A DNA stretch of 32,000 nucleotides, from positions 1,560,001-1,592,000 of the forward strand of contig NC_007681.1 of NCBI RefSeq assembly GCF_000012545.1, given 5' to 3'. This DNA is from Methanosphaera stadtmanae DSM 3091. GTDB lineage: Archaea > Methanobacteriota > Methanobacteria > Methanobacteriales > Methanobacteriaceae. Positions 28,254-32,000 of the stretch are shown piece after piece. The notes under the pieces are model-generated. The model had not been told where the DNA came from. It saw nothing but the letters and a program-made list of their open reading frames with translations, and ran no database searches. Made by a program: the position numbers and the translations under genes. Positions within the stretch are counted from its first letter, which is position 1, and each line of letters opens with the position of its first letter.

Positions 28254-29159
28254 ATGTATGATTTAGTAATTATTGGAGCTGGTCCTGCAGGTCTTACAGC
28301 GGGAATATATGCTGGTAGAAGTGGACTTAATACTATTATTCTTGATGAAAATCAAAGTGGTGGAACAGTTAATGTTGCTCCCCTTATAGAAAATTATCCT
28401 GGAATCAATGAAATACCTGGTGTTGATTTAGCTCGTAGTATGACAGAGCAAGCAAAGAAATATGTGGATATTAGAGAATTTTCTCTAGTTGAGAGTATCT
28501 CTAAATCTATTGGAGGTACTTTTGAAATAAAAACTACAAATGATATTATAGATACAAGATATATTCTTATTGCTACAGGTTCCTCATATAAAACATTAGA
28601 TTGTGTAGGTGTAGATGAATTTGTTGGTCGTGGAGTTTCATACTGTGCTGTTTGTGATGGTACTTTCTTTGTTAAAAAAGAAGTTCTTGTTATTGGTGGT
28701 GGAAATTCTGCTGTAACTGAAGCTTTGTATTTAAATCGTATAGGTGTTAAATGTAGTTTAGTACATAGAAGAGATAAACTTCGTTGTGATAGTCAATTAG
28801 AAAAGGATCTTCATAATGCTAACATTAAAATATACTGGAACACACAACTAAAATCTGTTAATGGAAATGACTTTTTAGAGGAAGCAGTATTATATAACAA
28901 TGAAACTGGTGATGAAACTAAAGTTAAAGTATCTGGAATTTTTATTGCCATTGGATATACACCTAATAATAAACTTATAAAGGATTTTGGTATTTCTTGT
29001 GATGATTTAGGATATATTGAAGTTGATGAAAATATGAAAACTAGTGTCGATGGAATATATGCTGCAGGTGATATAACTGGTGGTGTTAAACAGGTTATTG
29101 TTGCTGCAGGTCAAGCTGCACAAGCTGTAACACATATTAGTGAATTATTATTGATATAG
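28254..29159 (+). CDS. trxB: Thioredoxin-disulfide reductase
   Basis: YDLVIIGAGPAGLTAG FAD motif, the redox-active CAVCDG, and GGGNSA plus HRRDKLR, which is an NADPH-type motif. ATG 28254 is preferred because the track GTG 28245 lies inside the SD GGAGTGAT. Confidence 0.9.
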   Translation: MYDLVIIGAGPAGLTAGIYAGRSGLNTIILDENQSGGTVNVAPLIENYPGINEIPGVDLARSMTEQAKKYVDIREFSLVESISKSIGGTFEIKTTNDIIDTRYILIATGSSYKTLDCVGVDEFVGRGVSYCAVCDGTFFVKKEVLVIGGGNSAVTEALYLNRIGVKCSLVHRRDKLRCDSQLEKDLHNANIKIYWNTQLKSVNGNDFLEEAVLYNNETGDETKVKVSGIFIAIGYTPNNKLIKDFGISCDDLGYIEVDENMKTSVDGIYAAGDITGGVKQVIVAAGQAAQAVTHISELLLI

Positions 29160-29169
29160 TGTTGATGAT

Positions 29170-29385
29170 ATGACTTTAACTTCCAAATTATTTCAGGAAA
29201 TATCCTCTGATTTAAAGAAAGATTTTCCAGAGATTGAGTCAATAGAACGTGAAAATAATAGTGTTATTATAACAGGATGTGATGATGTGTTATGGAACAT
29301 CTTTGAAGTATTATTTAATGGTGTTAAAAACATTGAATTTAATATGGATAAAAACAAAACACATTATCTTATAATAGATTTTTAG
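29170..29385 (+). CDS. Small hypothetical protein (71 aa)
   Basis: The ORF is packed tightly between trxB (10-nt gap) and the AAA ATPase gene (27-nt gap). No recognisable motif. Coding status is inferred from operon packing only. Confidence 0.45.
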   Translation: MTLTSKLFQEISSDLKKDFPEIESIERENNSVIITGCDDVLWNIFEVLFNGVKNIEFNMDKNKTHYLIIDF

Positions 29386-29412
29386 ATTTATTCAATTTAG
29401 GAGTTAATTAAG

Positions 29413-30525
29413 ATGAATAATAGAATTGAAAATAATTATGTTTCAGAAAAACAGTTACGTCAGCTTAATCAAAGTAGAGTAGAGGCCAAAATTGTTGTTT
29501 TAAAAGCAGTAGGTTATCCACTTGAGAGTTCATTTATTGAAACTCCCGAAATTGAAGTTACAAACAAGGAATTATTTGAAATATATGCACAAGATCAGTG
29601 GAGTGGTTATAAACTACATAAAGGTCAGTATATTTTTGATCAGAAATTAATTCCTGATTTTGCATTTCAAGTAGTGGATGTTAGACCAGATAATTCCTAT
29701 ATTACACATAACACCTCTTTTCTCATGTTTAAACAAGATAGTAAAATTAAACAAACCCTTTCTAAACATGAATATAAAGTTAGTGATGTTGTTGGTCAAA
29801 CAAAGGCTAAAAATAAAGCAAAAATAATAACTAATTACTTGGAAAATCCTGATAAATTCAAAAATTGGGCTCCTCGTAACATATTATTTTATGGAAGACC
29901 AGGTACTGGTAAAACCATGCTTGCACAGGCTTTAGCCAATGAATTAAATGTTCCCATACATATGATTAAGGCTACAAGTTTAATTGGAAATCATGTGGGT
30001 GATGGTGCTAATCAAATTCATGAGTTATATAAACAAGCCAGATACACCAAACCTACTGTGATTTTTATTGATGAAATTGATGCTATTGCATTAGAGAGAA
30101 AGTATCAATCATTACGTGGAGATGTAACAGAGATTGTAAATGCTCTTCTTACTGAAATGGATGGTATTGAAGATAATGATAGCATTATTACTATTTGTGC
30201 TACCAACAATCCTGAAATTCTTGATTATGCCATAAGAAGTAGATTTGAGGAGGAAATTGAATTTACATTACCTAATGATGAAGAACGTAGAATTATCCTT
30301 GAAAAAAACATTAAGACTCTACCACTTAAATGTAGTTTTAATCTTGATAAATTAGTTTGTGAAACTAAAAATTTATCTGGAAGAGATATGAAGGAAAAAA
30401 TATTAAAAACTGCCCTTCACAGAGCTTTATGTGATTCTCGTGATGTTATCAATGATGAGGATGTTAGTTATGCTTTAGATGAAATTAGAAAAGAAGTAAA
30501 ACATTCAGATAAAATGTTTGTATAA
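29413..30525 (+). CDS. Single-module AAA+ ATPase with a Cdc48-N-like N-terminal domain
   Basis: Walker A GRPGTGKTMLA, Walker B VIFIDEIDA, second region of homology ATNNPEILDYAIRSRF. About 130 aa of N-terminal domain end in FQVVDVRPDNSYITHNTSF, which is like a double-psi barrel tail. GGAG lies 9 nt upstream. Confidence 0.8.
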   Translation: MNNRIENNYVSEKQLRQLNQSRVEAKIVVLKAVGYPLESSFIETPEIEVTNKELFEIYAQDQWSGYKLHKGQYIFDQKLIPDFAFQVVDVRPDNSYITHNTSFLMFKQDSKIKQTLSKHEYKVSDVVGQTKAKNKAKIITNYLENPDKFKNWAPRNILFYGRPGTGKTMLAQALANELNVPIHMIKATSLIGNHVGDGANQIHELYKQARYTKPTVIFIDEIDAIALERKYQSLRGDVTEIVNALLTEMDGIEDNDSIITICATNNPEILDYAIRSRFEEEIEFTLPNDEERRIILEKNIKTLPLKCSFNLDKLVCETKNLSGRDMKEKILKTALHRALCDSRDVINDEDVSYALDEIRKEVKHSDKMFV

Positions 30526-30818
30526 ACTTCTTTCCTTAAATTTTTTTAAAATAATAAGTTATAAGTTATTTTTTTATAACTTTTAAGTTTTTAAATTATA
30601 AATTAAAAGAAATAAGTAATAACTAATAAGAAAAAAGAATACATAAGAAAAAATAAGAGAAAAATAAAAATAAAAAAAGTAGCATATGTTATACAATACT
30701 TTAAATATATAGAACTAATCGAAACACTCACATAAATTATAATTAACAATTAAAGAATAATTGTTTTTGAGAGTATGAATATATAAATAGTAGAATTACA
30801 CATAATATAAAATAAGAC

Positions 30819-30839
30819 GGAACACGGCATTAGTGTTCC
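30819..30839. promoter_or_regulatory. Perfect palindrome GGAACAC-N7-GTGTTCC, a candidate operator or RNA hairpin upstream of gdhA
   Basis: Read directly. It is a 7-bp perfect inverted repeat and the only GC-containing island in a very AT-rich 440-bp intergenic region. It ends 126 bp upstream of the gdhA ATG. Confidence 0.5.
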
Positions 30840-30861
30840 TATTAAAATTTAAAATTATAAT

Positions 30862-30894
30862 AAACACCTACTATAATTCTATAGTAAAGTGTTT
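30862..30894. promoter_or_regulatory. Interrupted palindrome AAACAC-ct-ACTATA-attc-TATAGT-aaa-GTGTTT
   Basis: Read directly. The outer arms share the AACAC/GTGTT core with the palindrome at 30819-30839. It lies 71-103 bp upstream of the gdhA ATG. Confidence 0.45.
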
Positions 30895-30937
30895 ACAACA
30901 GTAATATAATAGTTATTAAAAAAATAATAACAATTAG

Positions 30938-32000
<1,063 letters not shown>

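Noticed and set aside
30819-30839. Possible canonical NrpR operator upstream of gdhA
   Set aside because: The established NrpR operator is GGAA-N6-TTCC. Here the GGAA and TTCC ends are 13 nt apart, so it is not a canonical site. It is kept only as a generic palindrome finding.

Overview
Very AT-rich archaeal chromosome segment from a methanogen of the order Methanobacteriales. The Asn/Thr-rich giant surface proteins, F420 genes, a methanogenesis-marker-like gene and gatDE suggest Methanosphaera or a close relative; this attribution is from memory of the families, not a search. About 25 housekeeping genes are recognisable from motifs. On the minus strand at the left end are an mptD-like gene, a membrane-anchored protein and a CDP-alcohol phosphatidyltransferase. 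Then on the plus strand come rnhB, an ExbB/ExbD-like pair and purO. A long same-strand cofactor block follows: cofE-cofD, arfA, a Dus-like TIM barrel, a Cys-rich marker-9-like protein, sirC and hemA. After that come a tautomerase, usp, gatD-gatE, trxB, a small ORF, an AAA ATPase and a 5' partial gdhA running off the window end. The accessory part is 6.8-17.4 kb: two giant secreted Asn/Thr-rich beta-helix adhesin-like genes flank a decayed DDE transposase that carries an (AAT)10 microsatellite. No rRNA, tRNA or CRISPR was seen. I found no clear-cut novel multi-gene system. The most unusual signals are: (1) a perfect 22-bp x 10 spacerless tandem array upstream of gatD; (2) a C13 homopolymer about 155 bp upstream of the first adhesin gene, a phase-variation candidate; (3) sharp intragenic synonymous-codon mosaicism in both adhesin genes; (4) an ExbB/ExbD-like proton-channel pair with a long ExbB C-terminal extension in an organism with no outer membrane; (5) uncharacterised genes embedded in the cofactor cluster; (6) paired palindromes sharing AACAC/GTGTT half-sites upstream of gdhA. 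All product calls rest on motif recognition by eye and need homology searches to confirm.
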